Of a stretch of 64,000 nucleotides of DNA, positions 42,227 through 53,016 are shown one piece after another; position 1 is the stretch's first letter, and each line of letters starts with the position of its first letter. Location: the NCBI GenBank assembly GCA_963843575.1, contig CAWJKZ010000009.1, forward strand, positions 96,001 to 160,000, in the 5' to 3' direction. The position numbers and the translations under genes are program-made. This DNA comes from an uncultured Acidobacteriota bacterium. GTDB taxonomy: Bacteria > Acidobacteriota > UBA6911. The notes below the pieces were generated by a model. The model did not search any database. It saw only the letters and a program-made list of their open reading frames with translations, and had not been told where the DNA came from.

Positions 42227-43183
42227 ATGCTGAACAGAAGTCTTTTACCACCTGAACCAAAGGAACGCATCATCTACGTGAACGGCGAATTTCTGCCGCA
42301 AAGCAAGGCTCTCATCTCGGTGCTCGATCACGGCCTGATGTACGGAGACGGCTGTTTCGACGCGTGGTGCGGCAGGAACGGGTTCATCTTCCAGCATGAG
42401 ATGCATACACAGCGGCTGTTCCGGTCGATTCGTGCGTTGAAACTCGATCGCTGGATGAAGATGACCTATGACGAAATGTTCAACGCGATCATCGAAACCG
42501 TGCACCGCAACGTGGTCACCGATTTCTACATCAAGGTGCTGGTGACCCGCGGCATCAGTTCCGAGCCGGTCATCAACATGCGTGACTGCAAGGAGGCGAG
42601 CGTCATTATTTATGCCCGCCCGACCATCTATGAACAAGACATGAACAAGATGGAGACTCAGGGCATGCGGATAAAAGTCCTGTCCACCCGCCGCGTGTCG
42701 CATGAAGCGCTCGATCCGAAGGTGAAGAGCCTGAACTACCTGAACATCGTCATGGGCAAGCTCGAGGCCTGGGACAGCGGTTACAACGACGGCGTGATGC
42801 TCGATTCGAACGGCTGGGTGGCGGAATGCCCGGGCTACAACATCATGGGTATCCGAGGCAACAAGCTGTTCACGCCCTCGCACGAACTGCTGGAGGGGAT
42901 CACCAGGGCGTCGGTGATGGAGATGGCGCGGGATCTCGGGATGGAGGTCGAGACGGGGTTCTATTCCGCTATGGAATTCGCGATGGCCGACGAAGTGTTC
43001 ATGACCAACACCGTTTCCGGCGTGGCGCCCGTGACGGAGATCGACGGCTGGAAGGTCGGCAGCGGCAAGCCGGGGCAGCGCACGATCCAATTCGCCAAGA
43101 CCTATCTGAGCTGGTTGGAAAGCGGCCGGCACGGCACCCAGTGCTTCCCCGAAGCCTGGCAGGACGCCGCCACCGCGCGCTAA
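42227..43183 (+). CDS. Class IV aminotransferase (branched-chain / D-amino acid type)
   Basis: ISVLDHGLMYGDGCF, KVKSLNYLN, VAECPGYN, LEGITR, ADEVFMTNT. Confidence 0.9.
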   Translation: MLNRSLLPPEPKERIIYVNGEFLPQSKALISVLDHGLMYGDGCFDAWCGRNGFIFQHEMHTQRLFRSIRALKLDRWMKMTYDEMFNAIIETVHRNVVTDFYIKVLVTRGISSEPVINMRDCKEASVIIYARPTIYEQDMNKMETQGMRIKVLSTRRVSHEALDPKVKSLNYLNIVMGKLEAWDSGYNDGVMLDSNGWVAECPGYNIMGIRGNKLFTPSHELLEGITRASVMEMARDLGMEVETGFYSAMEFAMADEVFMTNTVSGVAPVTEIDGWKVGSGKPGQRTIQFAKTYLSWLESGRHGTQCFPEAWQDAATAR

Positions 43184-43223
43184 AAATACTCATCAGTGTC
43201 TTTGGGGTGAACCAAGAAATAGG

Positions 43224-43346
43224 CGGACGCGGATTTCACGGATGCACGCGGATTTTTGTTTCTACGAATGCGCGACAACAGGGCGCGCTTGAGAAAGCCG
43301 CATCCTGAGCTGAATCCAACCACTCCAATCCGTGAATCCGCGTCCG
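43224..43346. repeat. REP-like inverted repeat (ACGCGGAT/CACGGAT units)
   Basis: CGGACGCGGATT-TCACGGAT ... ATCCGTG-AATCCGCGTCCG, between convergent genes. Confidence 0.7.
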
Positions 43347-43360
43347 AATGTCTTTCCGAT

Positions 43361-44999
43361 TTAGTTTTCTGACCTGAGAGTGAGGACCCAATCATTGGGG
43401 TCGGGCATGCTGAAGGATTGGGATGCGCCGCCTTTGACGGTGCCGAGCGTGGTTTCCCGGCCCGTTCGCGGATCGAACCTGAGGACGTGGTAGCTGCCGG
43501 AAGGAAGGTTGAGGGCAAAGGATCCGCCCTTTGCGGCGTAGACGACGTACTGACGGCCCGGTTCCGCCAGCACGTAGGTTCGCTCCCCCGAGGTCAACAG
43601 TTCGTTGTGACTGGACATGGTCCAGTACCGGATTTCCTTCGCCGTGAAGAAGTCGACCATTCGCTTGATGTCCCCGTATTCCTCCGGAGCGTCGTACCAG
43701 TCCCCGGTGATCTCCACGTGGCCCATGCCGTCCGGGGTGATCCTCATGTCCCCGGCGCTGCCGTATCCACCGGCCGTCGCGATGCCCCATATGGCCCCCC
43801 GCAACTTCGTCCGGTTCATATCGACCCGGATTCGGAGCGGCGGGTTGTGCTGGCCGAAATAGCCGTACTCGTCGTTGACGACGGGCATGTTGTGGCCGAG
43901 GTTGGAGACGATGCCGGCGTTCCCCCACGCGTCGCCTTCGTCGTACTTCGGGTTCCAGCCGCCGTACTGGAGGCAGGCATAGCTGGGCCAGTTCGACTGA
44001 AAGAACGCGAAACCGGCGCGGATCGGTCCTTCGCCCTGTCCCGGGTGAATCGACAGGGCGCGCAGAGATCCGCCCTCCGCCGCCCACGGATCCGTCTGTC
44101 GCACGATGGCGCCCATGCGCTCGAAATCGGATTTCGCCTGCGGATGCGTTCCCTTGTACCGTCGGCGAGAGATCCCACTCATTGCACATGCACCAGATCA
44201 CGTTGGAATAGGCGGCGTACCGGGCGACCACGTAACGCACGAACCGGTCGTTCTGGTCGGGAAGACCGAACATCCTATTGGCCGCGTAGGGATTCGCGAT
44301 AATCAGGTCCGCTACCATCCCGCTGGAGTCCATGTATTGCACCATTTCGTCCAGCTTCCGCCAGTACGGCAGATTCAGGCGGTCGCGGTCGGGGTTCTGA
44401 GCGTCGCCCAGGTACGGCTGGGCGTCGCGGTAGTTGTTGAACTCGACGTTGCACGTGTAGGAATTCTGCGCGTAGACGTGCATTCGAATCTTGTTCATCC
44501 CGTACTTGAGCGAGTTCGCGACCGAAGTCTTCCAGTTGTCGTTGGCGAGCGCAGCCTGGATCCAGTCGTAATAGGTTTGCCCCCACATGAAGTACCGCGT
44601 CCCATCGTCCCAGACGAAGCTGTAAGGATGCTCCCTGTCGATGCGGAGGAACCCGTGCTTCCCGGCCTTCGGCGCGACGCAGGTAAGTTTCCCGGTTTTG
44701 CCGTTCAGGCCCGGGTCGGCGGAACTGGTCTGGTACGACCAGTTCCCTTCGACTGTGGGCGTGAAGCGGAGCTTGAAGGCGTTGTCGCCGTCCCAGAATC
44801 CGGTCAATGTTCTGGTGACACCTCCCGGCCCGGCGAAACTGGCGCTGACGGTTGCCGCAGGATCCGTGTAGGGATTCGGATATGTCCGTTCGGCCTTGAG
44901 CGTGATTTCGTAGGTTGACCATCGGGCCACCGACTGAGCCATCGCCGGGGAAGGGACAATTGCAGGAAACAGCAGCAAGGCGAGCGCGGGCATGCACAT
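43361..44999 (-). CDS. DUF5060-DUF4038-DUF5605-like secreted hydrolase #4 (frameshift near 44170)
   Basis: RWSTYEITL..YPNPY, GFWDG..FKLRFTP, HGFLR, YVVARYAAYSNVIWCMCNEW, then PVVNDEYGY, LAEPGRQYVVY, FDPRTG, DWVL in another frame. Confidence 0.82.
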
Positions 45000-45033
45000 G
45001 AGAGCCTGTTTCGACAGATCTCCTCCTGCGGGT

Positions 45034-46008
45034 TCACGCCATCACGCGGCGTATCGCTTCAATAATGTCTTCGTCGTCGGGCAGGACCTCGCGCTCGAGG
45101 ATGGGCGCGAAGGGGATGGGCGTGTCCTTTGCCGCGACCCGCTCGATGGGTGCATGGAGATAATCGAAGGCAAGGTAACCCACGCGCGCGGCGATTTCAG
45201 CGCCGACGCCGCCCGTCAGGTTGGCCTCGTGCGCCACCACCACCCGCCCGGTCTTGCGCGCGGACTCCGCCATGGTTTCCACGTCCAGCGGGGAGACGGT
45301 GCGCGGGTCGATCACCTCGACGGAGATACCCTCGTCTTCCAGCCTGGCGGCCGCCTTGAGCGAGAAGTCCACCATGTCGCTGACGGCGATTACGGTGACG
45401 TCCGTCCCCGGCCGCACCACGGCGGCTCTGCCCCACGGCACGAAGTACGGCTCCTCCGGCACCTCGCCCTTGACGTTGTACAGCATCTTGTTCTCAAAAA
45501 CGATCGTCGGATTCGGATCGCGCACGGCGGTCTTCAGCAGGCCCTTGGCATCGCGCGGGTTGGACGGCATCGCGACCTTTATCCCCGGGATGTGCATGAA
45601 CCAGGCTTCGAGGCACTGGCTGTGATGCGCCGCTGCCGAGCGCCGGCCGCCCGTGGTGGTGCGGATGGTCAGCGGGAGAGAGAGCTTGCCGCCGAACATG
45701 AAGCGCATCTTGGCGGCCTGGTTCAGGACCTGGTCCATGGCCATGCCGAAGAAGTCGCTGTACATGATTTCTGCGATCGGCCGCAGCCCGGTCGCGGCCG
45801 AGCCGATCGCGGCGCCGATGATCGCCATCTCGGAGATGGGCGTGTTGCGGATACGCCTCGGGCCGAATTCGTCCAGCAGTCCCAGCGTGACCTTCAGCGA
45901 GCCGCCGAACTCGGCAATGTCTTCTCCGATGAGGTACACCCGCTCGTCGTTCTGTAATTCTTCGCGCAGCGCCTGGCGAACTGCGTCACGATAGGTCATC
46001 AGAGCCAT
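45034..46008 (-). CDS. ThDP-dependent dehydrogenase E1 beta subunit (pyruvate/acetoin type)
   Basis: YRDAVRQAL, GEDIAEFGG, NTPISE, RPIAEIM, HHSQCLEAWF, PSNPRDAKGLL, EVIDPRT..PLD. Confidence 0.93.
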   Translation of the reverse strand: MALMTYRDAVRQALREELQNDERVYLIGEDIAEFGGSLKVTLGLLDEFGPRRIRNTPISEMAIIGAAIGSAATGLRPIAEIMYSDFFGMAMDQVLNQAAKMRFMFGGKLSLPLTIRTTTGGRRSAAAHHSQCLEAWFMHIPGIKVAMPSNPRDAKGLLKTAVRDPNPTIVFENKMLYNVKGEVPEEPYFVPWGRAAVVRPGTDVTVIAVSDMVDFSLKAAARLEDEGISVEVIDPRTVSPLDVETMAESARKTGRVVVAHEANLTGGVGAEIAARVGYLAFDYLHAPIERVAAKDTPIPFAPILEREVLPDDEDIIEAIRRVMA

Positions 46009-46995
46009 GTTACGCCTCCAGGACAGAAGGGAGTGAATATGTCGGTGCACGCCTCGGCGGGATCCGGCAGCGGGCTCTTCTCCGCGAACTCGATGGCCGC
46101 CTTCAGCTCGTCGGCCACGCGGGCCTCGATCTCGTCCAGCGTCCTGTCGAGAACGCCGTCCCCGAGAAGCACCTTCCGCCAGCGGGCGACGGGCAGAATC
46201 CCGGCAGCTCTGAAGTTCTTCTTTCGACCGGTAGCTCTGGTTGTCGGCGTCATGGTGGCCGCTCCAGCGGTGGTCTTGGCTTCGATCAGGGTTGGGCCGC
46301 CGCCGGAGCGGGCTCGCGCTACGGCTCTCGAAGCAGCCACATACACCGCGCCCACATCGTTACCGTCCACAATTTCCGCCGGGCATGTCGTAGGAGAGGG
46401 CCCGCGTGGCGATGTCCTTGATCTTCTGGTGCTGGCGCCGCGGGGTTGATTCGGCATAACCGTTGTTTTCGCACACGAACACCACCGGCAGACTCCACAC
46501 CGAAGCCAGGTTCATCGATTCGTGGAACGTCCCGGTATTGGATGCGCCGTCACCGAAGAAGCAGACGGCCACATAGTCCAGCCCCAGGTATTGCGCGGTG
46601 AGCGCAGCCCCGTTCACGATCGCCAGTCCCGCTCCGACAATGCCGTTCGCGCCGAGCATCCCGAGATCCGGCTCGGCAATGTGCATCGAGCCGCCTTTGC
46701 CCTTGTTGTAACCCGTGCGCTTGCCGAACAGCTCGGCCATCGCCTTGTCGAAGCGCCCCCTTTGGCGATCAGATGACCGTGGCCGCGGTGCGTGCTGACG
46801 ATCTTGTCGCCGGGCCGAAGCGCACCGCATACGCCCGACGCCACCGCTTCTTCGCCGATGTACGTGTGCAGAAACCCCGGGATTCTCCCACGTGCGAACA
46901 GGTCCAGCACCGCCTGTTCGAACTTGCCGGATTCGGACCATCGTCCTGTACAGCTCGAGTTTGGTACCGGAGGGAATCTCACCGTAGCCACCCAT
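45999..46995 (-). CDS. ThDP-dependent dehydrogenase E1 alpha subunit (several frameshifts)
   Basis: IPGFLHTYIGEEA, STHRGHGH, GKGGSMH, GDGASN.G.FHESMNLA, ENNGYAEST, VDGNDV, GPTLIEAKT across three frames. Confidence 0.88.
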
Positions 46996-47087
46996 TGCCT
47001 GCCTCTCTGCGTTTCGACCCGTTGGACACCAAGCACGCCAACATACGATTTTCGTTGCTTTTACCACCAATCATGCCGTACTGTCAA

Positions 47088-47117
47088 TGTCATATCATAC
47101 GTAATATGTCCTACAAG
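47088..47117. promoter_or_regulatory. Operator-like site
   Basis: TGTCATATCATACGTAATATGTCCTACAAG carries ATCATAC, between divergent genes. Confidence 0.5.
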
Positions 47118-47146
47118 AAATCCGAGGACTGGTGGAGGAAAGCGCC

Positions 47147-48611
47147 ATGAAAGCGCCGCTTCGTCTTTTGTCGGAGGAACAGCTCCAGGCTATTCACAAC
47201 GGGTCGCTGGAGGTCCTTGAACAAACGGGAATGCTTGTCGACCACGACCGTGCGCGTGAGATATTGCAGGGGGCCGGGGCAGAGGTCGATCACGATACAA
47301 AGATAGTCAGGTTCCCCCGTTCGCTTGTTGAAGCGAAGTTGAAACAGGTGCCGCGCACAGTCACGTATCACGGCCGCACGCCCGAATTCGATTTCACTGT
47401 GGCAGCCGGCGGGGACATCTACTCGCGCGTCCCCGGGGGCGCCACGAACTATATCGATCTGAGAACCGGCGAGAACCGCCGTGCTCGTCTCGCGGACTGG
47501 GCGGAATTCGCCCGGCTGGTCGACGCCCTGCCCAACATCCACTCGGTGTCGACCCTTCACTGCGGCGATGTGCCGCTGGCCACGGCCGACATCCACTCGA
47601 TGCGGACGCTGCTGGAAAATCAGCGTAAGTGCATTGTTCACAATGCGTTCAGCATCCGGAATCACACCTATCTGCTCGAACTGGCCATCGCGGTGGCCGG
47701 CGACCGCGAGGCGCTGGCGAAGCGGCCGCTTTTTCACCACATGCTGTCCCCGATCTCACCGCTGTTTCTCAACGAGGACGACACGGCGCAGCTGCTTCTT
47801 GCCTGCGATTACGGGATCCCGACGGACATCCCGATCATGCCCACGACAGGCTACCACGGCCCCCATCACTCTTGCCGGTACCCTCGTTCTCGCCAACGCC
47901 GAATACCTGGGCACGATGACGCTGGCGCAGATCGTACAGACCGGGGCACGTGATGCCTTATTTCACGGACCCGGTCGTCGCCGATATGCGCTCGGCGGCG
48001 ACCGCTCTTTGCCGCCCCTGAAGTCGGGTCTCCTGGTCGCCGCGATCGCGCAGCTCGGCTCCGAACTCTACGGCCTCGCCCCTGAAGGGATCGGTCTTCC
48101 GGCGGACGGCTACATCCCGGAGCAGACCCTCTTCCACAAGGCGCAGAACACTATCTTCCAGTGCATGGCGGGCGGGAAACTGATCATCGGCGCGGGCTCG
48201 ATCGCCGGGGTCATGGCGCTCAGCCCTGCGCAGCTCGTGATCGACGACGAGATCATGCACATCGCGCGGCGCTGGGTACGCGGTATCCGGGTGGACGAGG
48301 AGTCCCTTGCCGTCGACGTGATCCACAGGGTGGGACCGCGGGGGCACTTCATCACCGAAGATCACACGCTCGCGCATCTGCGCACAGGCGAACTGATTTC
48401 CACGACGATATTCGATCGCGACCGGTTCGAAGCCTGGCAGCAGAAGGGCTCGAGAACGCTGATCGACAAAGCGCGCGAAAAGGGTCTCGAGTTGCTGTCG
48501 AAACACCAGGTTCCGCCCCTGCCCGGCGAGGTCCTGAGGGAATTGGACGCCATAGTGAAACGAGCCGACGGGGAGCTGGCAGGCCAACCCGCCGCTTCCG
48601 CACACGCCTGA
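47147..48611 (+). CDS. MttB superfamily methyltransferase #2 (frameshifts at about 47850-48020)
   Basis: Paralog of 39903..41381: LRLLSEEQLQAIH..SLEVLE, TAPITLAGTL, LFHKAQN, QLVIDDE, VGPRGHF. Confidence 0.88.
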
Positions 48612-48628
48612 AAGGAAGGAGATCTTCG

Positions 48629-49264
48629 ATGGACGAGACCCTGAAGGCAGTTTTCGAAGCGGTTTTGAGCGGGGATGCCGCTGCCGTGAAAAATGGGGTA
48701 CAAACGGCACTGGCCAGCGGAGTGGACCCGGCTGACATCCTCAACGACGGCCTGATTGCCGCGATGGGTGAGGTGGGCCGCCGGTTTGAATGCGGCGAGT
48801 ATTTCGTCCCCGAGATGCTGATCGCGGCGCGTGCCATGAAAGGGGGCATGACGCTCCTGAAACCGCACCTTCTTCAGGCGAACATCCAGCCGGTCGGCAA
48901 GGTGGCGATCGGCACCGTACGCGGCGACCTGCACGATATCGGCAAGAACCTCGTCGGCATGATGCTCGAAGGCGCGGGATTCGAGGTCATGGACCTCGGG
49001 ACCGACGTCGCACCTGAAAAATTCGTTGCAGCGGCGCAGGCCGGCGTCAACGTGGTAGGGCTCTCGGCCCTGCTGACCACCACGATGCCCAACATGCGAA
49101 TGACTGTTCAGGCGCTCAGAAGGGCCGGGCTGCTCGACAAGGTCAAGGTGATGGTGGGAGGTGCTCCGGTTACCGAACAGTACGCCCGCGAGATCGGTGC
49201 ACACGCGTATGCGGCCGACGCCAGCCGCGCCGCCGCTCTCGCCAAATCGCTGGTCTCCCAATAG
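48629..49264 (+). CDS. Corrinoid (B12-binding) protein, MttC/MtbC-like
   Basis: GLIAAMGEVG..FE.GEYFVPEML, GTVRGDLHDIGKNLV, DLGTDV, GLSALLTTT, VMVGGAP. Confidence 0.95.
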   Translation: MDETLKAVFEAVLSGDAAAVKNGVQTALASGVDPADILNDGLIAAMGEVGRRFECGEYFVPEMLIAARAMKGGMTLLKPHLLQANIQPVGKVAIGTVRGDLHDIGKNLVGMMLEGAGFEVMDLGTDVAPEKFVAAAQAGVNVVGLSALLTTTMPNMRMTVQALRRAGLLDKVKVMVGGAPVTEQYAREIGAHAYAADASRAAALAKSLVSQ

Positions 49265-49334
49265 TCTTCGAGCCCTGGAGCCATCTTGGAGTTTGGACAA
49301 GAATACTTCAAACATCCTTAGCCGGGAGAAACCA

Positions 49335-50948
49335 GTGAGAAAGCTCCTTGTCCTGCCGTTGCTGTCGTGCCTGCCTCGTTCCGTGTGCTTACGCTCAGAT
49401 CCAGGTGCCGCGGTGGTCCGTCCATGAGATCACCCTGGCGGCCTCGGGAACATATGCGAATCCGTACACTGAAGCCGGCGTGACTGCCATCTTCCGCGGA
49501 CCCGGTGGTATCGCCCGCACGGTGTCCGGATTCTGGGATGGCGGGGCAACTTTCAAAATCCGTTTTGCTCCGACCGTGCAGGGCAAGTGGTTCTGGTCGA
49601 CGGCTTCCCGCTGACCCCGGCCTCGACAAGCGTTCAGGCGAAATTACATGCACGGCGCCACGGCCCGGCCGACACGGATTTCTGCGGCGCGACCAGGCCC
49701 ACCCCTACAGCTTCGTGTGGGACGACGGCACACGTTACTTCATGTGGGGGCAGACCTACTACGACGTTATGCTGAACCTTCTGGCCGGCGGCGGCTGGAA
49801 GGCGGGGGTGGACAATACCGCGGCACACGGCATGAACAAGATCCGTCTCCATGTTTTCGCCCAGAAGGATTACAAAACCGGTGTCGAGGACATGACCTAC
49901 CCGCAGGCGGTCCCGTACGGCGGCACCTTCTCCAGTCTCGATCGCGATCGCCTGAATATCGCGTACTGGCAAGGACTGGACGAGTACGTCCGGTACGTGG
50001 ACTCCAGGGGACTGATCGCCGACCTCATCCCATTCAATCCTTACGGCGACAATGTCATGTGGGGCACCCAGGAACAGGACGAACGCTATCTCCGCTATAT
50101 CCTCGCCCGGTACGCGGCGTTTCCACACGTGATCTGGTGCGTCTGCAACGAGTGGAACTACTCCACGAGGCCCCAGTCCTACTTCGACCGCATGGGAGAG
50201 ATCATACGGAACGAAGACCCCTGGATTAAAGAAGGACCCAACCTCCGCGCGCTGTCGATCCACCAGGGAACCCGCATCGAGTTCAATTTCTTCCGCTCCG
50301 CGTGGCCGGTGCACTCGATTGTTCAGTACGGGGTCCGGAACAACGTGCAGAACACGCGTCCCGAGACCGACGAAAGAGCCGAAGACGCGATACTACAACG
50401 GCGACGAGTGGGGGAACGCGAGCATCGTCGTAAACCTCGGGCACGACATGCCCGTCGTGAACGACGAATACGGTTACCTTGGCGAGAAGACTCCGATCGA
50501 ACTGACCCAAGTACAACATCGACATGCCATGTGGGGCATTGCGGCGGCGGGTGGGTACGGATCTGTGGGCGACTTCCGCCGGCCGCCCACGGGGAATCCT
50601 GAGATCACCGGCGACTGGCTGGATGCGCCCGAATACGACGACATCCAGCGCATTGTGAGGTTCTTCGATACGAAAGGGCTCGAGTACTGGAAGATGGCCA
50701 GCCACAACGAACTGAAAACCGCGGGCGAACGCATCTATGTGCTCGCGGAACCCGCACGGCAATACCTGTTCTATGCGGCAGTGGGCGGCCCCTTCGCCGT
50801 CAATCTCGCGCCAGGGACATATTCCGTCCGCCGCTACAACCCGCGCACGGGCGAGGACGTTTCGTTGCCGGATCAGCCCGGCGGCGGCCCGGTCTCGTTC
50901 ACCGTCCCCGACACCAACGACTGGGTGATCTACCTCAAGCGGAAATAA
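49335..50948 (+). CDS. DUF5060-DUF4038-DUF5605-like secreted hydrolase #5 (frameshifted)
   Basis: Close paralog of 43361..44999 (YSFVWDDGTRYFMWGQTYYD, VIWCVCNEW, PVVNDEYGY), split over several frames. Confidence 0.82.
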
Positions 50949-50958
50949 AAGCAAAAAG

Positions 50959-51059
50959 CACGGCAGAGGCGCAAAGCGCCGAGAGCCGCAGAGTCGAAAG
51001 TGTATTGTTGTTTAAGTCTGTCCTCTGCGTTTGTCAGCGATCTCGGCATCTCTGCGGTG
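50959..51059. repeat. REP-like inverted repeat (CGCAGAG units)
   Basis: CACGGCAGAGGCGC...GCCGCAGAG / CTCTGCG...GCATCTCTGCGGTG, between convergent genes. Confidence 0.6.
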
Positions 51060-52411
51060 GGGATTGACTAGGATTCTGGCTCCCGCCTGGGGCGGGGCGG
51101 TTCTTTGCGGCGTCGTCAAGCACGAGTAACCAGTCGCCCGGGCCGGGAGTCTTGAATTCCCGGAAGCCCTTCTGACCGATGCCTCCCGCTTCTGTCGACT
51201 TCCCGCTCCGCGGATCGAACCAGTAACCCCGAACCTTCTGTCCCGACAGCCGGTTCAGGTCGATCGTGACCGTGTGCTTGTCGGTCATATAGACGATCAG
51301 GGTGTCCCGCGCCGCGGTTGCCGCGGCCTGCACACCGTCGTCGTTGCCGAAGTCTCCGTGGCCGCGCACGACGAACACGTGGTCGATATCGGGCTGCAAC
51401 TCGTACCACGCCCTTGATTCGAACAGTGTGCGGACGTGGGTCATGTAGTGCGATCCGGGAAGTTCGAGCGCCTTCTCCCAGCCGTAGCCGCAGAACCAGA
51501 GCGGCTTGTTACCGAACAGGTGGCCAGCCGCGCCGGCCAGCACCGCCCGGTACGGGTAGCGTCGGACGTCGTCCGCGGTTCTCTTCCCGAAGTCTTCCTC
51601 GTAGTGCGTCTCGATCAGGAAGGTGGGCCTGTCGGGATGGCGCGCCCGGTCGTACAGAATGCGCCAGGCCACCGGGCCGTAAGTGTAGGAGCTGTTGAAG
51701 TCGAGCCAGCCCTCGCCGGCGAAGCGCTCCAGCGCAGCGGTGTTGCTCGCCCAGTGTGCGGTGTGCAGGTGCCCGGGAGCGGATTCGCGGATACCCTTTG
51801 CGACGGCGCGCACCTCATCGGGCACTTCGTAAGGATTGCGGTCGCCGCCGTGCACCCAGATGATGTTGGCGAATTTCGCATAGCGTTTGCCGATCCAGCG
51901 GCCGTAGGTGAGACACTTGGCGGGCCCGTTTTTCTTCATCAGGTCGATGTAGCCGTCCTTGCCGGCGCCGATGTAGGCCGGGGTGACCATCAGGAGGAAT
52001 ATCCAGTTCTACCGCTTTTTTGAACACCCGGTCGACATTGGCCCAGTAGGGCTCGTTTGGCTGCGTCATGTCGTCGTTGACGAACGGGTGATTGCCGTAC
52101 CTGTCCGGCGGATAGCTGGGCTTGCCGTCGGGCGCATACGCGTCGGGCTCGGACACGAGCAGAGTATTGAATCCGCGGGTGCGCCTGTCCTCCATGTAGC
52201 GCACCGATTCTTCGTAGGTGAGATTGTGGGTTATGGACCAGGGTGTGTCCCCGTTGATGAAGAACGGTTTGTTGTTACTGTCGACGAAGTAACGTCCGCT
52301 GGAATGTATCTTCACCGGAAACGCCGGGCGTTCCGCCCCTGCCGCAACGGTGGAGAGGACCAGCACGGTGGCGATCACAGCCAGCACGAAACGGCTCTTC
52401 TGAAGAGTCAT
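51034..52411 (-). CDS. Secreted DUF4038 hydrolase #6 (frameshift near 51990)
   Basis: FPVKIHSSGRYFVD..PFFINGDTPW, then IIWVHGGD, PTFLIETHYE, WFDPRSG, DWLLVLDD. Confidence 0.85.
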
Positions 52412-52425
52412 ACAGCACCTCCGAT

Positions 52426-53016
52426 TTATGGCTTCGCGTTCTGAGTCTGCAGAGTTCTTCGGACCCTGGAAATACCCTCGGCCAACGCCTGCTGGTAGAT
52501 CCACAGGTCTGCCACATAAACCAGGAACCTGTACCCTTTGAGGGGAGCCGCCGCCAACTCCTCCAGGTCGAGAGACCCAAAGCCCGCCGCCTTGCCGTGC
52601 CTGGCGCAGGCGTCGAGCACCCGGTCCGCCGCACGCAGGAACACGGGATTCTGGACGAAAGTCATGGCGGAGGCGGCCATGGGCCGGCGGACGCCGTTCG
52701 GCGCGTTCGTGACCATGATTCCGGCGTCAGTGCAGGCTTGGACATCGATGCCATCGTACCCCGCGCCGTAGCGCGCTACCAGCACGAGCCGGTCTGCGCC
52801 TTCCAGCGATCGTGCCGTCACGCGCGGTCCTTCGACCAACAGGCCATCGCGACCGGCGACGTCTTCGGGACGCAATTCGGGTACTTTTTGAGAAAGGTAA
52901 TCCCATTCGACGTTCCTGGAGCCTTCGAGCAGACCCAGTCCGAGATCCCCGAACACGGAGACCCCGTCGTTGCGCAGGAAGTCGCGGGTAATGCCGATGC
53001 GGAATTTCCCGTTCAT
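52426..53016 (-). pseudogene. Chimeric ORF: D-2-hydroxyacid dehydrogenase N-terminus joined to HpcH/HpaI aldolase C-terminus
   Basis: ARYGAGYDGIDVQACTDAGIMVTNAP.GVRRPMA is followed directly by NPVFLRAADRVLDACARHGKAAG...GYRFLVYVAD. Confidence 0.7.

Noticed and set aside
39903-48611. Pyrrolysine recoding in the MttB genes
   Set aside because: No in-frame TAG at the expected position and no pyl genes in the window.
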